This document shows, piece after piece, positions 24,331 through 37,915 of a DNA stretch of 64,000 bases. The stretch's first letter is position 1. Every line of letters begins with the position of its first letter. The DNA comes from Felis catus (lineage: Eukaryota), in the NCBI RefSeq assembly GCF_018350175.1, contig NC_058368.1, forward strand, positions 205,036,001 to 205,100,000. Reading direction: 5' to 3'. A model generated the notes under the pieces. It was given only the letters and a program-made list of their open reading frames with translations, was not told where the DNA came from and did not search any database. The position numbers and the translations under genes are program-made.

Positions 24331-26969
24331 AATAAGTGGTATGTTATGTGAGTTTTGCCACACCTAAAAATAAAAGTTAAAAAAAATACCCCTACATAGT
24401 TACAGTTATGCCCCTCTCTCACTGACACTATGGAGGGTGTACTAAGCCACTACAAAGACTCTTGAGAAACCCTTTGGAAATTCCTCCTAGAGCCTTCCCT
24501 GGTGAATCTAGCCCATTTTAATCTTTGAATTTTCTGACCATAGCAATAATTGACCTTTATTATATTTATTCATAGCTTCAAATTATTAGTATCACATAAT
24601 CTGATATTTTATACATTTTGTTTCATTAAATGACTATTATGGATAAGCTCTGTGTTCTGGGCTAGACCTTAAACTGCTTGGGCTTTTGCCTTTCTCATAG
24701 CACCTTGCTCAGTAGTAGGTCTGTGGTTTATATTCTACAGATACTTGTTGATCAGTTGACTATTGGAGACTTGACTGGAGAGCAACAGAAAGCTACTAGA
24801 GTCATGGTTACTTTGAAATTAAATGTTGCATTGTGCACTTTACTTAGCCTTTCTCTGCATTGTCTAGCGCACTACAGCACTGTGAGCTGCTGTCCTCCTA
24901 CAGACTACAAAAATACACCATTGTCCTGTGGATTTTGAGTCTTGCTGCCTAGTTTTATGGAAAATCGTAAAGACCTCTTTAAGTTTGAGCTCCCTTTATC
25001 CATGTAACACACAGGATGGCTTTTAAATCTATGGCATTGTCGAGGCCCTCCTGGAGGAAGCCTCCCTTCAGTTGTCACATTCACCAATAATGCCAGACCT
25101 TTCCCACCTGTTTGTGTTGGCCTTTCATTTACTATTCTTTGGAACCATTTCAAACTTACTGTCAAATAATAACCTGCCATCACGTAACTGTGTACCTTAT
25201 GGCTGTCTTCCCTCCTGCACTCTCTTCCTCCTCATGTAACTCTCCTCACCCACTCCAATCCCTAAACTAGACATTACTGAAAAAGATCCATGAGGTTTTC
25301 CAGCATTCAGCATTTCTCTGTCCCCAACAATTCGTTTTAAGAATCATAATGCATTTAATCTTTCTAAATTTCTCTGACCTTAGGCTTTCATGCAGGAATA
25401 AACACCATGCTCAGTTTGTCAGAGTAAGTAGTAGAGCGGGGAAAAAAGAACCTTTGCAGTTTGGTACAGGGAAATGGAACCCTGAAAATCTATTTGAGGC
25501 ATAATCATCTGACAATTGTTCATGCCCCGGATGGAGCAAATCAGATTTATTATGCTCAAAAAACACCTTCAATTCTGATAGAGTTTCTATACAAGAAAAA
25601 CAGTCATCTCGTGCTGATATTACTTCTTATATTTTTGTTCAATTTTAACAGCCTATGCAAGAGCAATAACATTTCCCCCCTAATTTTTGCCCTTCATATT
25701 TGTTCGGAGGTCATAAACCCTACAAGTCACTGATGACCATCTTGACTGATTTTATTTAGTAGAATTTTAGGTGGGCTCTATGATTTTGGCTCACACTGGA
25801 GATGAATTATACAGGTCCTGTTTTCAGCATGAGGCTGTGATTCCAAGTGTTAACTTGAACATCTGTTGATTTTGATATCTGCCTACCCAGAAGGCGTGTG
25901 GTTCTCTTCTGAAGAACTCATGTTAAATGTTAATTGGCTCCTTAGGGGAGTCTTCTTTGTGAAAATAGAAGATAATTTGTACTTTGGGCTAAACATTTTT
26001 CTCCATTGATTTTGGCATAGAGCTGATGGGAAATGTCATGTTTCCTTTAGCCACAGGGAAGCAATGAGGCTGGAAGGGTGGGTAGAGGGCTTTATTTACC
26101 TGTTTCCTCAATGTTCCTTTCTTTCCAAGGCAATGTTTCAGGGTAGAGAATGTCCTCTTTGAGCACAAATACTGGTAATGCATTTCTCAGGGCAATATAG
26201 TTAGCAAGGTCCAAATCCATTCTTGTTAGGGCAGTTTTGGAATGTTTCAAAGTAGTCCTGCAACATCATAAAGTCTTGTATGTCCATGCTCCATTAATAA
26301 AAGGTGGCTATTAATGTAACGGAGAAAGAGGCAGGTGTGCTTGGCACACTTGTATGTTTTCTAATATGTGATCTGAACAGATGGCGAGGAATGTGTAGAA
26401 ATCCCGATGTCTCCTGGTCTTCTGACAAGTTGATCTCTGTGCTGCAGTGTGAACAAGAGTGGACAACTCTTCAAAGGAAGACCAGTTGTTATGTTGGCAA
26501 CTCTGTCAATAAAACGATCCTGCTCAACATAAGTCCAAATCTGCCAGGGACTGAGGTTAAGAGAATTCTATTCACTTCAAGAATTGGTAGTCCTTGTACT
26601 GCTAATGTCGTTATTTTAAAATTAGGGATTCGTGGTCTTCCTCCTCTAGGTCTGTGGTGCCCTATAAAGTTGTCCAACACTACAGGAAACAGACCTACCT
26701 CTGCTTCATAGGCATCATCAATTAACCCTTTACTTAGTGTTTTTGAGTTTCCTGGGAGAATTACAACATAGCTTTAAAATGCATGAGCTGTGAATTCATC
26801 TGTGTGATTACCAAACCATAAACCATTTGGTGGCAGTTCTACAAGTCCAACGTGGGCAGAGACTGCAAACACATGTTTATGTTCTCTCTCTTTGTGGCAG
26901 TTAGATTCAAAGTGACTCCTATAAAGTCAAAATGATCCTCCTCAGATGAGAAGGTGGTGATTATTCCTT

Positions 26970-26973
<4 letters not shown>

Positions 26974-27018
<45 letters not shown>
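26974..27018. repeat. (AG)n microsatellite
   Basis: About 22 perfect units. Confidence 0.97.
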
Positions 27019-27021
<3 letters not shown>

Positions 27022-27898
27022 TGGATCATCTGGAAACTCTTGGTGAAGGGTATACATGCTTGGAGGTCAGGCCAGCCTCAGTTACAGCTGGTCTATCTTT
27101 GTGTCATCTACACATTAGGCTCATGTATAAGCTTTTATTCAAATTAGGAATCCGAAAAGTTAAATCCATGACAAAAAGCTAAAAAACTACTTTTTAGCAT
27201 ATTACAGTTGGCAAAATTAATTTTTGATGCCATGTCTCACTTCCACCCTCTTTCTATGTCCTTATTTTCTTGATTTTATTCCAATCAATCAATCAAGCCT
27301 CTGTGGCCTCCTTTTAGAAAGCTTAAATTGAAGTAGGAATAGAAGATGGCACCATCTATGGCTCAGAACCCTTTTTTTTTTTTTGCAAGACCCTTCTCAC
27401 TACTCCATTATCTTCTCTCTTTCTCTGCTTTTCTCACTTTGACTTCTACTTTGATCTTCACTCTGCTTTCATCCAAAATGTTCTTTCCTTCCTTCTTTCT
27501 TACTCTTTTCTTTCTTCTTTCTGTCTCTCTCTCTCTCTCTCTCTCTCTTCCTCTCTCCCTCTCTCGAAGGTTGTGAGGCAGAGAACAGGAGTCAGAGAAA
27601 AAACTGCATGTCTGTGATATAGATACAGTTATTCTTTCCTTGTTTTCTGTGTCCTAATTTGTTCACCTTTTACTGGATCTTAGTTCTTGCTCTTAAAAAT
27701 ATGCACAAAATTCTTTAGAGCAAAGCAAAGAGCAGCTTTAGCTGCAGAAAACCTGGGACTCTGGGTCTTCTAAAGCTCTGCCATGCTTTTCCAGGCATGT
27801 CTCCTCCACTCCCTTAAAGCACTTGGCCCTGCCCCAGGCGTGCTCCACCTCGCTGCTGTACATCACAGAGCAAAAGCAAATTCTCAGTGGATATGGAA

Positions 27899-28252
27899 CA
27901 GGGGTTGACAAATTTTCTCCATAAAGAGCCAAATAGTAAATATTTTAGGCTTTGCAGACCATCTATGGTTTCTGTTGCAACTACTCAACTCCAGCAGTTG
28001 GGCCACAATATCTGCCAAAAGCAATACATAAATGAATGGGCATGGCTGTGTTCCAATAAAACTATATTCATGTACACTGAAATTTGAATTTCAAATAATT
28101 TTCATGTGTCGGAAAATATTCTTCATCTTTTCATTTCCCTCAACCATTTACAAGTATAAAAAGTAGTCGTACCTGGTAGGCTGAACAACAACAAAAAAAC
28201 CACCAGGCTGTGAGCCAGATTTGGCCTGAGAATTATAATTTGCAGACACCTA
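27899..28252 (+). mobile_element. MER58B (hAT-Charlie MITE)
   Basis: caggggttgacaaatttt..agccaaatagtaaatattttaggctttgcag..ggctgtgttccaataaaact..gccagatttggcc..tttgcagacaccta; about 350 bp. Confidence 0.85.
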
Positions 28253-28915
28253 ATATAAAGGATAAATTCACAGAGACTAGGAATTTTATGTGAATGGCAT
28301 GAATTTTAAACTACTTCTATTTTGGCACAAGTCATGCTCTCAGGTTGGGCTCTTCACGTGTGATATATCTCAAGATTTTCTTATGTCATCCAATTATCCC
28401 AAATTGTAATAGAGGAGAGACAAGTATTCCATCTTGAAAAACCTGAAAATCATTCAGTAAGTCAGATTTTGGAGCATTATGATCCATACCTGTCACCTTT
28501 TATATTCTGATGACCACAGGTGGTCTCCCCCTGTGGTGTGTTTTCCTTCTGCATTTACCTCCATCTGAAAGGAGCCCAGAAACGGTTGCTACCTAAATGA
28601 TGACACTCCCCTCTAAGCATCATACCTTAAAGAAGGGGAGCAGCAAGGTTGGGGAAAAATCACGTGAAGGGAAGAAAAGATTTTTACCCCCTGATGGAGG
28701 TTTCCATAGCCAAAACCAATACAGCCATGACCCAAATCTAAATGGGGATAGGAAGTTCAAAAGTTGACTCCAGTGACCTCTAGGTATATTTGTACAATAC
28801 AAATATATTTGTATATTTGGGTATCCTCCTCTCCTTTGGGTAAAAACTGTCTTCCAAGAAGAATAAGATTCCCAGGGCGTGCCCTTTGTGACAGTCACTG
28901 GCCAACACTGTTTTT

Positions 28916-29555
28916 TGATGTGGGAAACAAAGGCAAATGAAAAATTAAATTCCCTTACTGCCTACAGCCCACTGACAAATCCTTGAGACAGGAAGAGTAA
29001 CCTTCTTTTGGGAGCTCACTGCTTCCATGTTAACACTTTGCTAAGGGCAAAAGGGAATCTTAGCTTAACATTATCCCGACCTCCCACAATCCTTTAAGTC
29101 TACTTTAAATTTTTACATATAAAAATTCCTTTGGAAACTTCCTTTATCTCTACCCCCCCCCCAAGATATATGTTAATAATCATACTCCAAGCATATGGCC
29201 CCTGATATAAATCTGAAGGGTCTCATGACTGAGGTTTTACGAGACAGTAATACATGATCTTTTCTTAACAACAGCTAGTCCCCCAAGGTCTTGGAAATCT
29301 TGCTTCTAAAATTTCTTAGAGATTTACAGTATCCCTAACCCCCTTCCAACTGAAGGTTGGAAGGTATATATATTATATACTGAAGGTATATATTCAGTCG
29401 CCCGTCACAACCCCAGTGCAGCTCTTTCTGCCCACGGGTCCTGTCCCTGTGCTTTAACAAAATCAGCTTCCTTTTTTTTTCTTTTTTAACCAAAAATATC
29501 TCAGGAATTCTATCTTGGCCATTGGCTCCATACCTCAACACTTCAAACCACATCA
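28916..29555 (+). mobile_element. Solo LTR, ERV1 class (carnivore-type)
   Basis: 8-bp terminal inverted repeat tgatgtgg...ccacatca; TATA-like tatata at ~29366-29390; aacaaa (AATAAA variant) at ~29456; TSD tttt/cttt. Confidence 0.82.
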
Positions 29556-30344
29556 CTTTTCACCTGCACTTGCCTTTGATCTCTTCAAGAAAAATACAAA
29601 GGACCTGGACAAAAGATTAAAAGACATTGGCTTCCTGCGAGGTTTTCACCAACTTTGTTGCTCTCAGACTGAAGTCTAGCATCTAAATCCAAGCAACGAA
29701 ACGACTGCATCATTTGAACAGCAGAAAATTGAGTAGGAAAATTGAATTCTGAAGCTGAAGGACAAAGTATAGAATCAAAGGCCTTTGCTTATAAATGAGT
29801 CCTGTTTAATCTTGCTTTTTCATTTATCTTCTTTTTTATTGTTGTCAGACTATTTTCCCCAACTAGATATTCATATTAGGAAGTTCTGCTTAAGCAATTT
29901 GTTATCTAGAAGGGAAAAAATGTACAACTTGAAGAAGCGGTGGGTTTTCAAAGAAATGAAAAGAACCATTTGTTGCAATGACTTGTAAAAACCCTGTGGC
30001 AAAGATCTTGTGTTGGTACAAACAGCTCTAGACTTATAAGTGGATTGTGAGCCAAAAGTTTGTTTGTAAGTCATTTGTTTATAACTTGGAAGGCATTTGC
30101 CTATCGGAACGGTGTTGTAGGTGGTGGCTGAACACTAGCATTTAGTTACCACAGCTTGTGTAATACACCGTCTTACATTTGAAATGGTAAAATAATAGGG
30201 CTTGAGGCTCTCAGACTGAAGTATGCAGAGACATGGCAATGAATACTTCTGGCCATGGAATAAACATGGTGCATCTCTCTGATATGTTCATTTTGTTATA
30301 AAATTTAGGGAAGTATCCCTTCTGAATTAAAAATAGGTAATGCA

Positions 30345-30514
30345 GGGGTGTCTTAAGTACCTCAGTCTTAATTTCTGGTCAAGTCATGATCTCACAGTCG
30401 TGAAATCATGAAATGGAGCCTCCAGTTGGGGTCTGTGCTGGGCGTGAAGTCTACTTAAGATTCTCTCTCCCTCTGCCCTTCCCCCACTCATGCTCATGCT
30501 CTTTCTCTAAAAAA
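30345..30514 (+). mobile_element. Can-SINE (older, internally deleted)
   Basis: TSD aaaat(a/g)ggtaatgca; gtcatgatctcacagtcgtg..ttaagattctctctccc. Confidence 0.85.
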
Positions 30515-30946
30515 AAAATGGGTAATGCATAATTTATCGAATAAAACATAAAATCCCTGAAAAATGTAAAGATAAAGGACAAGACTCAAGAATATTTTGT
30601 GCTTGTAGCTTGAAGCTTTGGTCCAAATCCCCAGGCTTCCTTGATTTCCCTATTATGCAAACTGGAGATATGAGAGAAGCAAAGCAGGTCAGCATTCCAG
30701 TTCCACCTTTGTCTGCAGCATGGCAGCTTCTAGAAGTAGACTCCAGTGGCTCCAGCCAGGCAAGGACAATAAATGAAACTCACTTTATCTAAAATGTAAA
30801 TTACCATCTTGCTGGGGTAGAAGGAAATAAAGTACCCAAAAGTGACTGGAAGAGACAAAGGAGTCTTGACCACTTCATGCAAGGTGGATCCTAGACTGGA
30901 TTGTGGAATAGGAAAAGGACATTAATGGAAAAACTGGTGAAATTCT

Positions 30947-31139
30947 TTTTTTTAAGTTTATTTATTTTGAGAAATAAAGAGGAACAAAGCAGGGAGGGGC
31001 AGAGAGAGGGAGAGAGAGAATCCCAAGCAGGCCCTGCTCTGTCAGAGCAGAGCCCGACACAGGGCTCGAACCCATAAACTGTGAGATTAGGATCTGAGCC
31101 AAAGTTGGACGCTTAATCCACTGAGCCACCAGGCACCCT
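30947..31139 (-). mobile_element. Can-SINE inserted in an L1MC fragment
   Basis: TSD aaaactg(g/t)tgaaattct; typical antisense body. Confidence 0.93.
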
Positions 31140-32509
31140 AAAACTGTTGAAATTCTACTAAAGACCAGAAATTAGTTCAACTATTGTAACAATGGTGGAA
31201 TGCCAAAGAAGAGTGGGGAGGTCAGAAGCACATGCTAAAAATTAAACTGCTAAAAACAGTGCTCATATCAATCTCAGTCTTTTTCCTTAAACATCCTTTT
31301 ATTAATTAATAAGATAAGGGGATATCCTGATATTGTTTCCACATCTGTTATCTCTAGAGATAGGAATGGTGAAGCAAGCCTGGGGCTTAGAGTAAAAAGA
31401 GCTTGCTTCAGGTGGTTCACACATCTGAACTGGACAGTTCATGGAAATGGATCAAGTTTTCCAGACTCTACTATGGCTGGGAAAGTTTGGGGTGAGACAG
31501 AGCTTTCCTGGGAGACTTCTTGGTTAACTTTCTAAGTCAGAGGTCTTGTTCCAAGACAGTTGAAATGAAAGGCTGCCCCTGCTCCCAAGGTATTGGTGGA
31601 TCCAGGAGTATTTCCTGCTCACTGGGATTAATCCAAGATTTAGTATCATTTTGGCATAATGTGCAATTCCCTAAGCCCTTAAAAACTTCATGCCATCCAT
31701 GAATGGAAAAGACCTGTTATATTAGCCTGACAGATACACTGTCAATATAATTAGTACTATCGAATTTCTTTCTCCTTTAGGAGGGAATAGGAAAGACAAA
31801 GCAGAAAAAGAACTAGTCATGTAAAATGAAAAGGCAGATGCGGGGGGATGACAATTAAAGAGAAGGGAAAAAAGAGACTACGGCAGCAGGTACATACTCA
31901 GTGACTGCAGTTTTGCTGTTCCCCTGTGGAAGGACAAATAGAAGTTTGGAGGTTAGTATCACGAGAACTCCCTAAACTACAGAGACACATGTGCACATGC
32001 ACACATGCATGTGTGCACATTTAATGGGACTTATTCTGACCTATGCTTACTTTAATTCCAGAGAGCAGAGTCTAGGGAGTGTGTCAAGGGCAGGGTGGAG
32101 GGAAGAGTAAGGGATGCTCGCGATTCTTAAGGTAAGTGTAAGGGACAGAAAGAAAACTCTGCATGTGGCATGGAAGGCTTCCTCTAGCACACACTTACAC
32201 CTAAGGATGTTCTTTATGTCTTCAACTATTTGAGAACAAACAAAAATTACTCCCAGAGGTGTTCTAAACCATGCATGGATCATAAAAAAAGCACGTCTCC
32301 ACTTTACTGTTCTATTGCTGGTTCTGAGGTCTGCAGACCATTTAGTGAGACTTTGAAGTCTCCAAGAAAATGCCTTTCTCTGCAGAGAAAATATCCCCTG
32401 TCCCAATATGCCCCAGTCCAGCCATCCAAAGGGGGAATTAATTATAAATGGCTTCACCGAAACCAAGACATACTTATGTATTGTTGTAAGAGGGGTTTTT
32501 CCTTAATGT

Positions 32510-33315
32510 TTAAGTTTTTATTTTTTAAAATGTTTGAACTTAAAGAAAAGTTGCAAAAATAGCACAGAAATTTCCCACATACCCTTCACTGAGGTATTCC
32601 CAGTGTTAACATCTTACATGACCATGATACAATGATCAAAACAAAAAAATTAACATTGGTACAATATTGTAGATAATCCACAGACTTTACTCAGATTTTC
32701 TTAGCTTCTCCCCTCATATCCTTTTCCTATTTCAGGATCCAATCCAGGATCCCGTGTTTGAGTTAACTGTCATGGCTCCATAGTCTCCTTTACTATGTGA
32801 TAGTTCCTCAGTCTTTCCTTTTCTTTCATGACCTTGACACTTTTGAGGAGTACTGATCAGTACTGAAGTTATGCATTTTGAACAAGAGTACCCTTCTTGG
32901 AGCATCATTTTGGGAGTTTATGATGTCAGTATGTTTTATTGTTAATGATGCTAACCTGGTTAAGGTGGTATCTTCCAGGACTCCCCACTGTAAATTTACC
33001 ATTTTTCCTTTTATAATTAGTTAATATATTATAGTGAGACACTTTGAGCCTCTTCAAATATTCTTTTTCATTATATGTTACTAAGTTTAACATTCATCAA
33101 TAGTTCTCCTTTGTAACAATTATTATGATGTCAATCACCTAAAGATGATTTTCTATTTCTATCACTTTTTCTACATTTATTCATTAGAATTCTACTGTAA
33201 GGAGGAGGTGTCCCTTCTCTCCCATTTATTTACTCATTTGATTATTTATTTATATCAATATGGACTCAGGATTTTTTTTAGCCATAGTTATAATCCAATT
33301 CTATCATTATTTGCT
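32510..33315 (-). mobile_element. Old L1MC4/5-type 3' region
   Basis: agaaaagttgcaaaaatagcacagaaatttcccacatacccttcac..gttaacatcttacat..aaattaacattggtacaata. Confidence 0.8.
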
Positions 33316-34079
33316 GGAAGTTGTTTTTGTTTTGTTTTTTAACCTTATGCATCTTGAGCTCCTAAAAGGTGAAAATTATACCAGGAAAAAGAGATCCTCT
33401 CATCTATCTTAGATATTACATTTTAGTGCTAGACCTGAATGAATCTTTCAGAAATACTAAAGACAGACTGGAAGGCCTGGGGAAATGTTTGGTACATTTT
33501 GGTAATGCATAATTCTGGAGAGCCTTGTCTCAAGCAAGCAATTTAGAGATACCCTTAGTGGCTAAAGATAAGATTTTAAACCAGGAAAAAGAGAATTCTT
33601 CAATTAAGAAGATAAATAGGAAGATGAACCCATATTGGAATCCTCAGAATTTGACTCTGAATGCTCAGAATTTGTCTAAATTGTAAATGTACAATTGCTT
33701 TGCTTCTAATGGAATCCCTTGCCCTGTTGTTTCCTGCTTACTAGGGAAAAGGGAAACAACACAAAATCCACAAGTATTCCATGTAGAAGAAGGACTTCCT
33801 CCTGTGTACTATTTCAGAACCACTTTTCTGAGAAAAGCCAAAAACAAACACTTGTAAAATGTCCTAAATGTCGATCCTTTCCCTTGGGTGAGATGTTCTT
33901 TAATGCTGGAAATCATCCTCCTTTCCACAAACTCCCACAGCTCCTTTGCACTTTTCTTAGGACTGTCACCACATTTGGTCCTATCTTGTAACCTCTGTAT
34001 ATATCTAAACTTCCCAATAATTCCAAGTCAAAAATAAGCTGCTTTATTTGATGATACTAATAAATTATTCTTACATTTT

Positions 34080-34880
34080 TAAAGCTTGATAATAGTATTG
34101 TGGATTTGTTTTTTAAGAACTTGTTTTTTTGAGATACACACCAAAATATTTATGGATTTTATGGTATATCTCAGATTTATTTCAAAATCACCCAGCATGG
34201 GGGTCGGGGGAGTAGGTAGCATATGTAGAGGGTGGAAGAGAATATCCTCATGACCTTGAATGAAAAAGAACTTCTTAAACAATACTTCAGAAACATAAAC
34301 CATCAAACAAAGGATTGATGACTTTGATTAAAATTAAGGCTTTTCTTTGAAAAATGGTGGAACATGGGTAAAGGCAAGACAGATTTGGAATGACAAAATA
34401 TATTTGCAATATTAGAACTGATAAGAGGCTTATATCTAGAATATATACTACACAATCTTCAGATCAACAACAAAAACAAAAGAACAGTCATCCCCTTCAA
34501 AAAAAAATGAGTAAAGCAATCTTCAGCAGAGGATCTCCTCAAAATTAACAGGCATATTAAACGGAGGCTCAATGTTATTCATAGTTCTAAGAAATGCAAG
34601 ACAATACAGTAGATATATTGTTTTATTAAAGTGGCAAAAATCTGAAAGTTCTTTACTGTCAAGTAAGTAGGGACATGGGGCTCTCATAGTCCTCATTGTT
34701 AGTTGGTAGATTGTAGGCTGGAATGGTCATTTCAGAGAGCAGACAAGCAGAACTTAGTCACGTTAAATTTACAAATACCCCATGATCCAGCAACCGTGCT
34801 ACTGCACGTATATCCCAGGGAAAACCTCAACAGGTCTGTAAAGATGTTCATTGCAGCATTACTTTAAAGATGGAGATTTG
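34080..34880 (+). mobile_element. Degraded L1M/L1ME fragments
   Basis: cttcttaaacaa..aaaccatcaaacaaaggattgatgactttgatta.., atatttgcaat.., ccatgatccagcaa..gatgttcattgcagcatt. Confidence 0.6.
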
Positions 34881-36164
34881 TAGTCCCAAATAATCTTATA
34901 GGCAACACTAAATAAAAATATTCAAGAAACAGATATTCCATTTCTACAAATTCTTCCAGAGAATAGAAAAGAAGAAATGCTCTCCTACTCATTTTCTTAA
35001 GCTGAAATAGCAGCAGTAGATAGATCAGTGATTCTCAGTTCTCAAACTTTGCCTCATCTTAAAAGCATGATGTTTTTCTTGTGATCGTTCATATTTCTGT
35101 GGTATCGTTGTAATGTCTGCTATTTCACTTCTGGTTTTACTTACTTAAGTCTTCTCTCTTTTTTCTTAGTCTAGCTTAAGATCTGTCAACTTTATCTTTT
35201 CCAAAACAACCCTTAGTTTCATGTATCTTTTCTGTTTTTCTAGTCCTTACTTTGTTTATTGCTACTCTGATCTTTGTAATTTCTTTCCTTTCTTCTAATT
35301 TTGGGCTTAGTTTCTTCTTCTTTATCTAGTTCCTTGAAGTGTAAAATTAGGTTGTTTATTTGAGATTTTTTTTATCAATATAAGCATTTATCATTATAAA
35401 CTTATGCCACATCCCATAAATTTTGGTATGTTGTGTTTTCATTTTCATTCGTCACAAGATATAATTTTTGTTTCTCTTTTGATTTTTTCTTTGACCCGTT
35501 ACTTGATCAGGAGTATATTGTTTAATCTTCACATATTTGTAAATTTTACAGTTGTCCTTCTGTTATTGATTTCTAGTTTCATTACATTGTGGTCAAAAAA
35601 AGATATTTGAAAGGAGTTCAGTCTTTTTATATTTGTGAAAATTTGTTTTGTTACCCAATATATGATCTATACTCGAGAATGTTCCATGTGTGCTTGGTAA
35701 GAATGTGTATTCTGCAGCTATTGGATAAAATGTTCTGTATATGTTTGTTAGATTCATTGGTATAAAGTATAGTTCAAGCCTAATCTTTCCCTGGTTTTTT
35801 TTTTTTTTTTTTGGTCTGGATGATCTACCCATTATTGAAAGTGAAGTCTTGTACTATTTTATTGTTTTGCTGTCTATTTTTCCCTTCAGATCTATTAATA
35901 TTTGCTTTATATATTTAGGTGCTTTCATGTTAGGTATAAATATATTTACTATTTTCAGTTCTTGGTGAATTAACTATTTTATTATTATACAATGATTTTT
36001 GTCTCTTGTTATATTAGACTTAAAGTCTATTTTGTTTGATATAAATATAGCCACTATTCTTCTCTTTTGATTTCCACTTGCATGGAATATCTTTTCATAT
36101 CCCTTCACTTTCAGCTTGTGTGTGTCCTTAAAATTGAGGTGAGTCTCTTGTAGTGCACATAAAG

Positions 36165-36166
<2 letters not shown>

Positions 36167-36201
<35 letters not shown>
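36167..36201. repeat. (GT)n microsatellite inside L1
   Basis: Direct reading. Confidence 0.95.
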
Positions 36202-36205
<4 letters not shown>

Positions 36206-36464
36206 CCATTCAGCCACTCTGTGCCTTTTGATTGGAAAATTTAATGCATTTACATTTAAAGTAATTTATATGTAAGGACTTACTAATATCATCTTATTAA
36301 CTGTTTCTGGCTGTTTTGTACTTCTTTTGTTTCTCTCTTGCTGTTTTCTTTTGTGATTTGATGATTTTCTACAGTGGCATGATTTGATTCTTTTCTTACT
36401 ATCTTTTGTGCATCTATAAAGGTTTTTGCTTTGTGATTATGGTGAGGCTTATATAAAACATTTT

Positions 36465-36658
36465 TCCTTTTATTTTTTTATTTTTTTAATATGAAATTTA
36501 TTGTCAAATTTGTTTCCATACAATACCCAGTGCTCATCCCAACAGATGCCCTCCTCAACGCCCATCACCCACTTTCCCCTCCCTCCCAACCTCCATCAAC
36601 CCTCAGTTTATTCTCAGTTTTTAAGTCTCTTATGGTTTGGCTCCCTCCCTCTCTAACT
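36465..36658 (-). mobile_element. Young L1_Fc-type 3' UTR stub nested in the older L1
   Basis: Same sequence family as 2866-3035; 13-bp TSD tataaaacatttt at 36452-36464 and 36659-36671. Confidence 0.9.
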
Positions 36659-37874
36659 TATAAAACATTTTGTAGTTATAACAATCTGTTTTAAACTGAT
36701 CATGTAAAAACTCCACCCTTTTATTCCCACCTCCACAATTTATGTTTTGATGTCACAGTTCACCTCTTGTTTGTATTGTATATCTAGTTATATTGGGTAT
36801 TTAACAAATTAGTGTGGCTATCATCATTTTTAATGCTTTTTTCTTTTCATCTTTATGCCAGAGTTAAAGTGATTTACATGCCACCCTTATAGTATTACAA
36901 TAGTCTGAATTTGACCATATACTTATCTTTACCAATGAGTTTTGTGCTTTTATGTTTTCATATTACTAATTAACATCCTTTCATTCCAGCTTGAAGAACT
37001 CCTTTTAGCAATTCCTATACAGCAGGTCTAGTGTGAACCTGCTCAGCTTTTGTTTGTCAGAGAAAGTCTTCAGAAGAAGGAGAACTTTGTCAGGTAAAGT
37101 ATACTTGGTTGGCAGTTTTCTTTCAGCACTTCAAATATATTATCCCATTCTCTCCTGAACTACTAAGAAATCTACTGATAGCTCTAGGGGATTCTCTTGT
37201 ATGTGATAGTCTCTTCTCTTGCTGCTTTCAAATTTCTCACTTCATCTTTGATTTTTGACAGTTTAATACTGTATGACAGTATAGACCTCTTCAGGTTGAA
37301 ACTCTTGAGGGACTTTTGAGTGCCATATATCTGCATGCCCAAATCTTTCCCCAGATTTGAAATGTTCTCAGCCATTATTTCTTTAAATATACTTTCTACC
37401 TCTTATTCTCTCTTTTTTTTCTAGAACCCCCATAATTCATATATTAGGTCTCTTGATGGTATCCCATAAATCTCATAGTCTTTTTTAATTCATTTTCTTT
37501 TTTTTTCTCCTCTGACTAGATTATGTCAAATAACTTGCCTTTAAGTTCACAGATTTTTTTCCTTCTGCTTGGTCAAGTCTGATGTTAACACTCATGATTG
37601 CGTTTTTCACGTCTTTCATTGTATTCTTCAGTTTCAAACTTTCTGTTTGGTTCTTTTTTTTCTCTTTTATAATTTCTCTCTCTTTTGTTCAGCTTCTTAT
37701 TTTACTTATGTATTTTTTCCTGATTTTATTGAGTTGTCTATTTTTTCTTATAGCTTGCTGAGCTTCCTTAAAACAATTATTTTGAATTTTTTGCCAGAAA
37801 ATTTACAGATCTCCCTTTATTTATGGACAGTTACTAGAAAATTATTGTTCCTCTGATGGTAGCATGTTTGCTTC

Positions 37875-37876
<2 letters not shown>

Positions 37877-37912
<36 letters not shown>
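37877..37912. repeat. (GT)n microsatellite inside L1
   Basis: Direct reading. Confidence 0.95.

Positions 37913-37915
<3 letters not shown>

Noticed and set aside
26304..26711. 135-aa ORF
   Set aside because: GTG start, no recognisable homology and no convincing splice boundaries; kept only as part of a non-coding island.
29575..29680. Protein-looking frame FDLFKKNTKDLDKRLKDIGFLRGFHQ..
   Set aside because: Short, ends in a stop, no clear splice pair and no recognised homologue.
32047..32562. Overlapping 139-aa and 110-aa ORFs on opposite strands
   Set aside because: TTG starts, no recognisable motifs, and one runs into an L1MC fragment.
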